In this document: piece after piece, positions 52,195-63,644 of the stretch
How positions within the stretch are numbered: position 1 is the first letter of the stretch
How the letters are laid out: each line of letters begins with the position of its first letter
DNA from: Hydractinia symbiolongicarpus
Lineage: Eukaryota
DNA: 64,000 nucleotides
NCBI RefSeq assembly: GCF_029227915.1
Contig: NC_079879.1
Span: 27,507,095 to 27,571,094 of the forward strand
Reading direction: 5' to 3'
The notes under the pieces: model-generated
The model's database searches: none
Seen by the model: only the letters and a program-made list of their open reading frames with translations
Told to the model about the DNA's origin: nothing
Position numbers and translations under genes: made by a program

Positions 52195-52964
52195 ATGTAT
52201 GATACAAATAAAGATTTATCTGAGGAAGTTTTCACAACATCAGAAGACTCATATATGTTGAAGACAGGACCGAAACCAAAAGTTTCACTAATAGATCAAT
52301 TATTTCTTTACATAACTTGGCTACGAAATGGCTTTACATTACAACACACTGCGTGGCTTTTTGATGTTTCCATACCAATTTGACCCAAAAGAAGACAAGT
52401 TGACAAACATATGTCGAAAGTTTCAAAAGAACCTATCCTACCAGAAGGTGTATAATTGATTGCACTGAGCTGTTTTATCAAAGACTATCCTCACTTATAA
52501 CACAAAGTTCACTTTATTCACATTATAAGAATCATGTGAGATACAAAGGATTAGTTGGCATATCCCCTCCTGGATCCATAACATTTGTCGGTCAGTTGTA
52601 TGATGGCTCTATCCCAGACAAGGAAATTGTAGTTAAATCAAGATTATTAGAAAAACGACTGTGGCAGGAAAATGATAGTGTCATGGCTGACAGAGGCTTC
52701 ACAATTCAAAACGAATTAAATTCACTCAATGTCAAATTAAATGTTCCTTGTTTCCTAGCTGGTAGAGAACAACTAACAGTTGCAGAGGTGAAGGAAAGTC
52801 AAACGATTGCTTCAGTACGTATACATGTTGAAAGAGCAATACAAAGAATAAAAAAGTTTCGAGTATTGAGAAACGAAATACCGCTTACTTTACATAGTTC
52901 AGTGAACCAGATTTGGACTGTTTATTGCCTTCTATGTAATTTTGTGCCATTTTTAATACAGTAA
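52195..52964 (+). CDS. Harbinger/PIF-type DDE_Tnp_4 transposase, second and distinct copy from the 27-kb one; interrupted across frames
   Basis: N-terminal HTH-like 'LIDQLFLYITWLRNGFTLQHTAWLFDVS'. C-terminal 'ADRGFTIQNEL..LNVPCFLAGREQLTVAEVKESQTIASVRIHVERAIQRIKKFRVLRNEIPLTL..VNQIWTVYCLLCNF' is the characteristic Harbinger block. Confidence 0.7.
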
Positions 52965-53486
52965 GATATATCACAGATAGTATAAACGTATAAGGACATC
53001 TTCAAAAAATGAGTGGCATGAATTTGCCTAAAAATGCTATATTTTCTACAATTTCCAAAATGATTAAACAAAAATTGATAGGTTTATCACAACAAACAAA
53101 AAATGGGCATTTTTGTAATGTCCAATAGATTGCCACCCATTTTTGAACATGCTCATAGAGTACCTTATTTCAATTATACCAAAGTTGTATATTTTCAAGT
53201 TACATGTATATATACATATATATTATATAATATGTTTACGTCACTTTAGCATGCGAGGAATGATAGTTTTGGGTTACTCTTCACCAGCTTTAATAACAAA
53301 AATCGTTGGAAGCATAAAGTCCTTGTAAAACATATTCAGTATCTTCACTAATTCCAAAAAAAGTCACAAAATGTCGCCCCACATAATCCCATTGCCAATT
53401 TGAGTGAAGCACCCATCAGGATGATCTTTCCTCAGAAACAACTTTCAATTTCGTTGTTGGATGTAAAATGACTCATCTTTTATTAG

Positions 53487-55045
53487 ATCACTAGTCGATA
53501 AGGCCCGTGGAGAAATCCACTTAGTCAGAAGGACAATAAAGAATAGGTTGTTTTAGTTTTCGTGCTGACGTCAGCAGTGCAGATACAAAACAAGTTTAGC
53601 AAAGTTTAGTGTATTCGTAGCCTGTAATGTGTAGAGGTTAAAACGCTGATGAGAAAAATGTATAGGATTGTGGGTTTTCGACGAACGTATAAGGAAATAT
53701 AGGGGTTTAAAAATCTTGCTGACGTCAGCAAAGAGCCGCAAAAAAATTTCAAGAATTTTATATATCTAATGTCTTTATCGTATAGATCTTGAAACACTGA
53801 TCAAGAATATGTATAGGATCATGTACTTTTGACAAACGGTTGCAGAGATATTAGGGATTGAAGGTTTTTTGATGACGTCATTAACCCGTCTATTCCGAAA
53901 CGGATTTGAGGACCCAGGTTTGGGAAAATTACCCAAATTGATCCTAGGTGGTCCCTAGTTACCCACGCGGTGAATAATCATTGACGTCACCACCTCATTT
54001 CCAAGTTATTTGGTCTCAAAGTCTTAATTGCACTGTAATGGCTTCATTAATTTAATATTTGATTTTGACGGGTCATTGCTGACGTCAGCAAAATTTTTAA
54101 ACCCTTATATTTCATTAACAGCTCATCAAAACCACACGATCATATACATTTTCTTGATCAGCAGTGTAAGGTTTACACAATGGAGGAAACATGAAAACAA
54201 GTTTCTCAATTTATTTATTTATTTTGTATTTGCACTGCTGACGTCAGCAAAAAATGTAAAACAGCCTATTTGTCCATCTTTCTTTTGCCTGGGTGGATTT
54301 TTCCACGGGCCTTATCGACTAGTCTCTTATAATAATACGGAGTGTATGTGATGGTCATAGTGGATATCGGCTTTTTCCTTTAAAGTCGCTGAAATTTCCT
54401 TTGAAGTTGCCGAAAAAAGTATGTCTCAAATGTTAAATTTTATGACGTTACGGCGCGACGTCAATAACACTACTTTAACGTCAATATCCTATATTAAATT
54501 AATGAAGCCGTTACAGTGCACTTAAAACTTTGAGGCCAAATAACTTGGAAACGAGCTGGTGACGTCAATGATTCTTCACCGGGTGGGTAGCTAGGGACCA
54601 CCAGGACCAATTTGGATAACTTTTCCAAACCTTGGTTCCCAAATCCGTTTTGGAGTGGACGGGTTGATGACGTCATCAAAAAACCTTCAAACCCTAATAT
54701 CTCTGCAACCGTTTGTCACAAGTACTTGATCCTATACATTTTCTTGATCAGCGTTTCAAGATCTATACAATGAAGGCTGCAGGAATAAAATCTCTCAGAA
54801 AAATTGTTGTCTTCGCGGGTCATTCCTGACGTCAGCAAACTTTTTAAACCCTCCTATCTCAATAACCGTCATTAAAAGCACATGCTCATATACATTTTCC
54901 TGATCAGCGCTTTAAGCTCTCCACAATAGAGGCAATGTAAAAACAAAATTCTAAATTTTTCTGGGTGGATGAGTTCCTGACGTCATCAAAATTTTTATCC
55001 TGCCTTAGTGGATTTTTCCACGGGCCTTATCGACTAGTTTTAAAT
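53487..55045. mobile_element. Foldback-like palindromic element (~1.56 kb) built from ~120-170-bp subrepeats, each carrying a perfect TGACGTCA palindrome
   Basis: Terminal motif 53487 'cactagtcgataaggcccgtggagaaatccac' is the reverse complement of 55012-55045 'gtggatttttccacgggccttatcgactagt'. An internal copy of the right terminus sits at 54296-54331. 53750-54060 is the reverse complement of 54480-54790 and 53600-53760 is the reverse complement of ~54800-54960. There are about 11 TGACGTCA sites (for example 53563, 53723, 53873, 54075, 54240, 54668, 54825, 54980) plus tgacgtta/cgacgtca variants at 54440-54460. Confidence 0.75.
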
Positions 55046-55209
55046 ATTGTCTTTCCCTTAAAAGCTTATACAAAAATATGAAAAAGCCATATAGTTTCGA
55101 AAACATCAAATTTAAATCTAGAAAAAATCAGTCATTTCGGTTGGATACCGTCATCTCCATCAAAAATTTACACAAAATGCAAAAATCAACCAGTTAAGAA
55201 AACAAAAAT

Positions 55210-55510
55210 TTTCCTTTTCAGTTCCGTACTGCCCTTTTTTGGATTTTGCGTGGCAGGAAAAAAGATGCTATGATTTGGTGAATAAAGGTCTTTTGCTATG
55301 GATTTCTTCTAATGGGGACATCGTTTGGGTTATAAACTATTATCGAGTGTAGGTTGATGCCTTCTGATTTATTTGAATTCATAAAAAGTCATAAGAATGC
55401 CTTTGTTTGAAGAAATGAACTGATAATTACTTTGCTTCACCTAGCACCCCAATCTTTTTCCTGCCACGCAAATGCCAAAACCAAAAGGGCTTACCACTGA
55501 AAATGTAAAC
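55210..55510. repeat. Hairpin / MITE-like inverted repeat with ~55-bp arms
   Basis: 55215 'ttttcagttccgtactgcccttttttggattttgcgtggcaggaaaaaagatg' is complementary to 55452-55505 'atctttttcctgccacgcaaatgccaaaaccaaaagggcttaccactgaaaat'. Confidence 0.7.
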
Positions 55511-55586
55511 AACATAATTCATCTATACTCTATGGGCATAAAAATACATCCTACTATCCTGCAAAAGTTTAAGTCTTTGAAAGATT

Positions 55587-55631
55587 TTGTAGCTAGCTAG
55601 CTAGCTAGCTAGCTAGCTAGCTAGCTTGTAA
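55587..55631. repeat. (AGCT)n microsatellite, about 10 units
   Basis: 'tagctagctagctagctagctagctagctagctagctagcttg'. Shorter tagctagc-type palindromic clusters recur at 7861-7906, 31426-31461 and 38377-38424. Confidence 0.9.
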
Positions 55632-56199
55632 CATAATTCGTGCTCATAAAAGAAGAGAAATTTGAAAACTATAGTAGTTAGCTATGGATAATTAAAAAAG
55701 AGGAATAACAACAGAAGTCATAGGTTAGAGCTAGCCATAATGGGATGGGGGAGCTGGAGTTGGAGGCTAGCATTAGCTAGCTAACAGTATATAAGACTCC
55801 CAGTTAAATACACTTAAACTTGGAATACTTCGCTAAAACTAAAGCTAGCTATTTGTGCTTAGTCAAACACATATAAAGAGAGGCAATAGTGATGTAAAAT
55901 TAATAACATTACAGTTCAACAAACCAAAGTTTTGCTTTTTTTGTCAGCCAGCAGCTTTATGTAGCATTTTGAATTTTAGGACAATACATTAGTTACGCGC
56001 CAGCGCACATGAATTATGCAACAAAACGTAAACAAATATGGCTACATACACGGTAAAATAAAAAAACTGTGGCCTTTCCTGGGAAATGCGAGTCTGCTTG
56101 CTCCACTGACATAAAAACCAAACGTCTAAAAATATCAAAGTTCTTACTTTTTGTAATTTCAAATCCACTTTAAACTCTAGCCTTTGTTTTCTAATTCTA

Positions 56200-56470
56200 A
56201 CTTTACATTACATCTAGCTCCACTTCTCACTTCACTTTTCTACTTCTTCACTTGGTCTCTTTTCTTTTTAAACATATAGCTATGCTTTTTAAAACCACTT
56301 TTTCCCTTTTTTTCAAGGTAAATGGATCGTTCTTCTGTGCTTTCTTTGGTGACCTTTATTTTCTACGTCTTAATTTAATTTACTTCTAGCTCCACCTTCA
56401 CTTCCAACTTCACTTTTCTACTTCTTCACTTGGACTTTTTTTTTTTTAAATATGCTTTTTTGAACCACTT
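56200..56470. repeat. Tandem duplication, about 2 copies of a ~180-bp unit
   Basis: 'tctagctccacttctcacttcacttttctacttcttcacttgg..tttaaa..atgctttttaaaaccactt' at 56212-56300 is repeated at 56385-56470. Confidence 0.75.
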
Positions 56471-58490
56471 ATTAATTAATTATTAATAAGAATGTTCTTT
56501 TTTGATTTTGGACATTTTATTTCAACCAAACCAAAATGACTACCAGATTCTACAGATTTGTCACTGATAAAACTATCAGGGCTGGCAGCTAACCAAAAAA
56601 AAATTCGGTTGTAAAAGTATACCAGATTCACGTACCGATATATCTTGATTTAGAAGATACTTTGGCTCTTGAATTGAAGATGGTAGTTAGTTATTAGGTT
56701 TGGGTGAAAAGTGTCAACAATTGATTGAAAGTTTTTTCCTCTGTTGAAAATTTTATGAGCTGTGCTTGAAGTTATTTACACTTTCTAGAATAATGCCACA
56801 AATTACTATCCGCCTGCAAAGTTGTATCTTTTTCTAGTTCATGACAACTCTCTCTTGTTACTTGTATTTGGTTTGTATACCACAACCCTTCTCCTGAAAG
56901 ATCCCACTTTGGAATTATTGCATGTTTTTCGTTAATGAAATAGAATGAAAGTTTTTGGAACTGATTTTTGTGTAGTTAGGCATTTCTACTTTGGTTATGT
57001 TGGTTAAATTGTTAGTAGAAATTCCTACTGGGTTTAGATGAAAAGATAGTGGCGATCCCACTAAAAATGTCCATAGTGTGTGTTTGTTTCGTTCTCTGAT
57101 ACACTGTTCTGTACACTGCAAGGGAAGCCAATGTTTCCATTTTTACTAGCAAGGTCTGTTTTCAATTTTTTTATACTTTCAAAATCACAGGACTGTTGAT
57201 CACCTCTACGTGGGTCTTAAAGTGTTGAAGATACACCGTTTTGATGTTGACTTCTGTACAGTGGTGTCCATTACAGCAGCCTTAACACTTGCTTCACTAG
57301 GAAATCGCCATTGCCTCCCCCTGCTGGTACACGCTACTTCTTCTAGAACGGTTTTCAGTTGATTCGAAGAGTAATCCGCTAACTCTAATAACAATGCCAT
57401 TATGTGGTTACGTTTTTTCCTGCAGGACACGAGCAATTTTCTTTAACAACCTTTCCAGTTCTACGATGTAAATGCACTACGATATTTCTTTTCCCATTTT
57501 TCATACTCGCCTTGCATTGACCAGTTACAACAAAATTATCGACATCCAATTTTGTATAAATGCTTGTGGCAGTTATGTACCGTTCTTCTTTAAACTTTCA
57601 TCCCCTATCTAAAGCTTTAATTATTGCTGAACGTAGTGTTTTCCACTTTGCAAGCGATATGCCCTCAAAACGAGATTGCTTTTTCGTAGCCTTGTCAATT
57701 TTAAAATTTCTACATTGTTTTTATATAAACTGATAGAAGAACAACCTTGTTAATTTTTTTGGCTTTTGATTGGATAAGGTAGATATTGAAAACAATAACT
57801 ATGCAACCCCGTTCCCAAGACTTGTTCGTGTTCTCCTTGATATCACTTAATCTTTATCTTATCTGCATGCGACTATAATTCAAAACGTTATTTAGAGAAC
57901 TTCATCAATAACAAAATTAAAAAAAATATAAAAGTAAAAATATTACTTTTCTCGTTCAACTTCTCTTATCAAAACGTTAGTAGAAAACAGTAAAGCTTCT
58001 TAAGGGAAGACAGCTGCTGTATCTTTCAATACAAATTACCATTATCGCCAGCCTAAGGGCTGTCCATCATCAGTTGTTTAAAGCGCAATATTCTTTTCGA
58101 TATTATTATGTTTTTTTCGTATGCTGTTAAATTGTAATGCACAGCTTCGGTGTTTTATCTATTGTTTTCGGCTAAAACAACGGTACTCTTTGGATTAGGG
58201 AGATCATTGTCACTTACTCGAAAATGTATGTTTGAGATGACTATTAACGTAATGGTTAGATAACTGCTAATTGTAACTAGATGACAGATGTGTATTTAGT
58301 AGTGGATTCCTCCCCAGTGAAAAACAACTTTGTACAATCATGTTTGTTAATGTGGTTACTTTTGTTAAAACATTAGTGTATTTTGGAAAAAAGATTTATT
58401 TGACACTTGTTCAGTATTCTGGATATTAGATTGAAATAAATTTTAAATCCCTTTAAGTAGAAAGTGTTGTGGTCATATCATATATCTGTA

Positions 58491-58565
58491 TTTTCCTGTT
58501 AGCAATAAAATATTTTCCTGTTAGCAATAAAATATTTTCCTGTTAGCAACAAAATATTTTCCTGT
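58491..58565. repeat. Tandem repeat of 22-bp unit 'ttttcctgttagcaataaaata', about 3.5 copies
   Basis: Direct reading. Confidence 0.9.
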
Positions 58566-59810
58566 ATGCAATTCCTATAAGTAATTGGTCACGTAGAAAC
58601 ACAGCGTAACATTTTAAAGCAAAAGTTTTACGTATTAATTAAATCAAATCTTATATATCAGAAAACACATCTCAATTCATCCGTAATTACAGGGAATTTC
58701 TTGTCTACTGAAAAGAAATTGCACATAAAAAACACCAATTATAGCATTTTAACATTCACATGCACGCCATTAAAATGCTTGATCTAGTTGATTACTTCTT
58801 AAGCGTTAGTATAAAAGGATATTGATCACTGCTAGGAACCTTGAACAAGTTATTGAAGAAAAGAAATTGCAAAGTTAGGTATGTTAGCTTAATGCAATTT
58901 CAATTCTATTTCCTTTACAACTATATAAAAACATGCACATGCGCAGTAGCACAAGCTTCGTCTGAATTTCAATTATGCAAACAGTTCAAAGTTTTCTAAG
59001 AAAGAACAAAATGTCTTTTTTAGCTTTCTGTTGTTTGTTTTTTTCCCAGACAAATTTGATCTAAAAATAAGATTTTTTTGAAGCAGCATATTTATCTTAT
59101 ATCAAATAGTGGTATAACGCGAATTTGTCATAGTACTATTGTGTGTATCTATTCCTGCGTGTTAACATGAAGTTATGAGACAAATTTGCATCAGGGGTTT
59201 ACTATGTTAAAAGTTTCTATTATAATTAGCATTCACGATTACAAAACAGTCGGTTTTTATATTTAGACAACGGCTATCATTACAAAAACTAGTCGGTAGC
59301 ACGTGGACAAATATAATAGTTCGCCCGTCCTTCTGATATCACATTTCGAGTTTCCGTTATACGACAAATTTCTTGCGAGCAGACAAATAGAATACGGCTA
59401 TTAATAATTTTTAAATTTTCCTTTTCTTTCTACTTTGTTTCAGTACTGTGCGTTTATTTTTTTAGCGGCTTAATATTTTGTCATTTCTAATTGATGGATT
59501 GATTATATATCCCCGGTAATGTTAATACAGTTGACTTTAAATTCATTCGAAAATTGTATTTGACGTGACAACAACCAGCTTGTATTATTATTTCAAATGA
59601 TCTAAGGAATGGAGTCAGAAGTCACAATGAACAACATGCATACGATTGAAAACATCATCACTTACATGCATAACTTCTTATGATTGGGGTATGGTTTATA
59701 ATGAATGTTTTTTAAAAGCCAAAAAAAACGTACTTATGTCCGAATAATAACAACAAACAGAGTCTATCCGGTTATGCATTAACAAGTGATAAAACTCGAA
59801 TTTTCAGGAA

Positions 59811-62800
59811 ATGGAGGAAAAAGCTGAAAGTCAACCTAGTTACGCAGGCGCAACTTATTCTCAACAACATCAACAGGAACAACCATTGCTACCGGTGCAA
59901 ACACAGGTATGTGAACTAAATTTATTGTTATTACCAAAAACCTTCTCATGTCTTTTTCGTATGACTTTAGAATTTCATACGAGTGTGATCATTATTCCTT
60001 ACATTAACGCTTCTACGGAATTGAATGTTATCAAAATATAAGAGGAAAAGCAAACCAAAATGTAGAATAGAAAAATTCATTGTCTTAGGAAAACTAAGAT
60101 TAAAGATTAAGAATGCTTATGCGCTTAATTTTTATTTAGCAACCTTTCACCACAGTTGTAACAGTACAACAACCTTTTGTGCAACCGGTTCATGTACCAA
60201 ACTACGCTGTCTTATCTTGGCTCGCTTGTTTCTTTTGTTGTTGGCCAATTGGCATTGTAGCTGTGGTTAAATCCTTCCAGGTGAGCATTATGCCAATCCT
60301 ATAAATATTACTTACTTTATTGCATAAAAATTTCGCGCCATGAAAATTTCGCGGTCATTTTAATTTCGCGGTTTTTTTGCCCAAAGTTGCATTTCGCGGC
60401 ATTTTAATTTCGCGGTTAAAGCCAAAATACAAATTTCGTGTTATTTTAATTTCGCAGTCCAAGAGAAAAAGTGAATTTTGCGACATTTTAATTTCGCGGT
60501 TCGAGAAAAATTTTTTGAAAGAAAGAAGTTCGAGAAAAGTTTTTTTGAAAAAATGCCTATTTTTACCATCGCAGACATAAATAAGATATTGTTCAAAGGA
60601 AGATTTGCGATTATATTTTCTCAACAAATAATCATTCTTCCGTAAGATTGGCGAATACGCCTGGAAGTTTCGCTGCGACTCAGAAATCTCGTCATCTTCG
60701 TCATCACTTACCTTGTCTGATTCACAGGGGCCATAACCATGGAGCTGCTGATTTTTCTCTGACATTTATAGAAAGGGCGTAATGTTGTTTTTGCTTTCGG
60801 GTTGAGCCGTCGACATTAAAAGGTGGATATGTTGCAGGGGGTCCAATTCTGGTAAGGTTTCATAGCTTTTGTCGTTTGCCTCTCTTATCCCAGATGCTTT
60901 CCATCCATTAAAAATCACTTTCTTTCCCTTACTTGTGCTCATATGGTTGTAAAATTCCATCAGCCATTTAGCGTGCAGTGGTTTGAGTGTTGTCAGTTGG
61001 AGTTTGACATCAATTGCCTCTAGTTATTTGCTGTCGTCAAGCTGCTGGAATATTTGATCGGTATACCATTCATTGAACATTTTTTTACAATATTTTTTGG
61101 CGTATCCATTCACTGTAAGATCTAGGGACTGGAAAATCGATGTCATGTTCACTGGAACAAAGTCGAACAGGATATTGTTTTCTTTAAGTAGATCTAACAC
61201 CGGCTGAATGACTTGACCTTTGAAGACATCGAATATAGCCGGAGCTTCCTGGCTTGGGAAATCCAATCGTTCTCGTTCGCTCTCGATGTATGGGATCAAA
61301 ATCTCCTTAATAAATTTCATTGATTCCAGTTCGCTGCTGTAATGTTTTTGTTGACACTGAGCGAAGAATTTGGTGGAAATTGGAATCTTTGAGTGGTTTT
61401 CCATTTGTAGATAAATTGCATTCCAAAAAATTGACCATCCAGCGTGGTCGTTATAGCACGTTTATCATCACTTCCTTTGATGACAAACTGCCTGCTTTTC
61501 CGTTCAGCTAAAGTGGTGCTGGTAACTGGAACAAATTTGGAAGAGGTTTGGTCGAAATTTAGGATGAGCGTTTCCGGCATTGATTTATCGGTTACTTTCT
61601 TTACGATTGAATGGTTGAAAAGCACTTGCGTCTCTTTTTGCCACCAGAGGGAATGACAAGGTTTGCAGTGGTGGCCTTTCTTCGACTGAACTTCATTCTC
61701 ATAAATAAGCTTTGTGCCCAGGAGCGTTCATTGATCGAAATCGGCAATGCTAATCTAGGATATCGTTTCATGAATGCTTTTGCAGCAGAGACGGCTACTG
61801 ATCGTGTGATAACAGCCCCGTGATTCGACGCAGCCCTGATGTAGCTTTGGGCCATCTCATCTAATCTTCCAAGAAGAAGAGGGCATCCTTGTCTTTGTCT
61901 TCTAGAGTAAACATTTTGCCTTTAGACATTGAAAGCTCTTGCCCATACCTATTCTGAAATCCCCTGGCCGTGCTTTCGTTTATGTTTGGAAACTTTTGCT
62001 TGAACGCTCTCACGCATTCAGAGGAATCATTCTCACTCGCATATTTCCCAATGTTAAATCTATCCTGCGCTGTGTATGCGACGCACTTTCCTCGAGAAGA
62101 GCTCTCTTCAGACACCGATGTTTCAGCAGCAACAAAGTCAATGGTTCCCAAATCCGATTGGCTATCTTGGCTGCTCCCGCCTAAGATATAAAGGACAAAT
62201 TTGATAAATATTGCAGGAAAGAGAAAACATATTAAGTGCATACCGTGATAATATTTTATGAATTTGCATAAATAGGAAAACACTTGATGAGACCAAAATT
62301 TAATACTTTTGTTTATACACTTACTTTGAGATTGATCCATGTCTTACTTCTTTGAGTGCACGATAACAAAGAAAGACATAAAACAGTAATTCGAATGTTA
62401 TGAAACGTGACACTGTCGGCGCTTGCTTTGTGGCGGCGAGACAGTCTTTCACTTTGTAATTGACATGATTCGAAATTCGAATGTTTTGAAAAAAATAAGA
62501 ATGTGCACACATTTGAAAAAGAGCTTTATACAACACGCACACAGCTATGAGTCAGCTCCATAATATTCCTTGTCATCCGAGGTTTTCATTATTATCGTCA
62601 TTATTGGACACCTCATCTTGGGGAAGAATTGGTTTGTCAGTATGATGGCTTCAACCCATTTGATGTTTTCGCCACCAAAACGTGTTCCAAAGAAAATGGT
62701 CGAACTTACAGACATTTGTTCTCACGGGCAACAAAATATTTGATTGACAGGGGTGCTGAAGTTTTCGTAGAAGTATCATCAAACCATTATTGCCGTTCTC

Positions 62801-63644
62801 CACATGTTCAGGGTGGTCTTGAATTTCCTTGTAAATTATCGGTTAAATTGGCCGTCGCAAGAATTAAAAAAAAATGCTGATCGAGAGATGTAAACAAATA
62901 TTACAACAACTCTATGAAGAATCTGCAGAAGAAGTTATCATGGGTTTACTTTTTGTCGACGATTGTTTGGAACTCGATGATGTGGAAAATGAAACAAATA
63001 TTTGTGAAACGCGCCAAAACAGAAAAAGAAAACTTGATAAAGTGAACAAAAAAAAAACAACGTCAAAAAGTCAAATCAAGAATCTTATCAGCCCAGTTGT
63101 AGCAGAAGTAAAGATGTAAGAACATTTTTAAGCCTTGTCAAAGGAGAAGAATGTGTAGGAACAGAGTAAAAAATCTAATGTTATTGTGATTGACTAAAGA
63201 AGATTGTAATTTTCCTTCCATATTGTATTAAATACCGTACATGGTAGCTTATATGGTAAAAAAATAATAATACCGTTTCGATTCTTAGTCGTATTTTTTT
63301 GCAAAAAAGCCCGGATTCTCGGGCCTTTTAATTTCGCGGTTTCAAAAACTGGATTTTTTTGCGCATTTTAATTTCGCGTTTTTTTTGGTTCCTACCGCGA
63401 AACAGCGAAATTTTAATGCCGCGAAATTTTCATGCAATAAAGTAATTTATTTTTACTTAATTAATTTTTTAAAATCGTTTAATGCTTCCTTTAGGTGAAT
63501 AATGCTCTTGCAGTAAATGATATTCCACGTGCCCAGAGAGCATCCGAAGCAGCTAAGCAATATGCCATTTCTGCTGTGATATTTGGCATCGCTTGTATAG
63601 TTGGTAGCATTGTGCTACAGTTGTTCGTTTTGGGACCTAAATAG
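59811..63644 (+). CDS. CD225/dispanin-family paralog C. Exons are 59811-59906, 60140-60280 and 63495-63644. Intron 2 is expanded to ~3.2 kb by a transposon.
   Basis: Exon 1 'MEEKAESQPSYAGATYSQQHQQEQPLLPVQTQ' ends at donor gtatgt. Exon 2 follows acceptor tttatttag: 'QPFTTVVTVQQPFVQPVHVPNYAVLSWLACFFCCWPIGIVAVVKSFQ', then donor gtgagc. Exon 3 follows acceptor cctttag: 'VNNALAVNDIPRAQRASEAAKQYAISAVIFGIACIVGSIVLQLFVLGPK*'. Confidence 0.8.
60306..63452 (-). mobile_element. pogo/Tigger-like (Tc1/mariner superfamily) DNA transposon, ~3.1 kb, with TIRs and subterminal tandem repeats, inserted in intron 2 of CD225 paralog C
   Basis: TIR: 60312 'ttactttattgcat' is exactly the reverse complement of 63433-63446, with extended similarity to about 60360 and 63400. 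Subterminal 'attttaatttcgcgg' repeats lie at 60340-60500 (~5 copies) and 63310-63425 (~4 copies). Internal minus-strand ORFs carry a CENP-B/Tc5-type HTH and a DDE domain. Confidence 0.7.
60355..62340 (-). CDS. pogo-like transposase (HTH_psq/CENP-B N-terminus, HTH_Tc5, DDE_1), split over several frames by frameshifts or introns
   Basis: N-terminal 'KCVAYTAQDRFNIGKYASENDSSECVRAFKQKFPNINESTARGFQNRY' (61861-62340). HTH_Tc5-like 'GAVITRSVAVSAAKAFMKRYPRLALPISINERSWAQSLFMRMKF' (61601-61855). DDE start 'LILNFDQTSSKFVPV..RKSRQFVIKGSDDKRAITTTL' (61317-61625). DDE C-terminal 'DVFKGQ..LLKENNILFDFVPVNMTSIFQSLDLTVNGYAKKYCKKMF', matching pogo 'IxLLFLPPNTTSxLQPLDQGVIxxxKxxYR' (61024-61404). Acidic C-terminal tail (60355-60765). 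Confidence 0.65.

Noticed and set aside
62629-63119. Two plus-strand ORFs (83 and 81 aa) inside the pogo-like element
   Set aside because: They have no recognisable domain. They are likely chance ORFs on the antisense strand of the transposase region or a decayed accessory gene, and cannot be supported.
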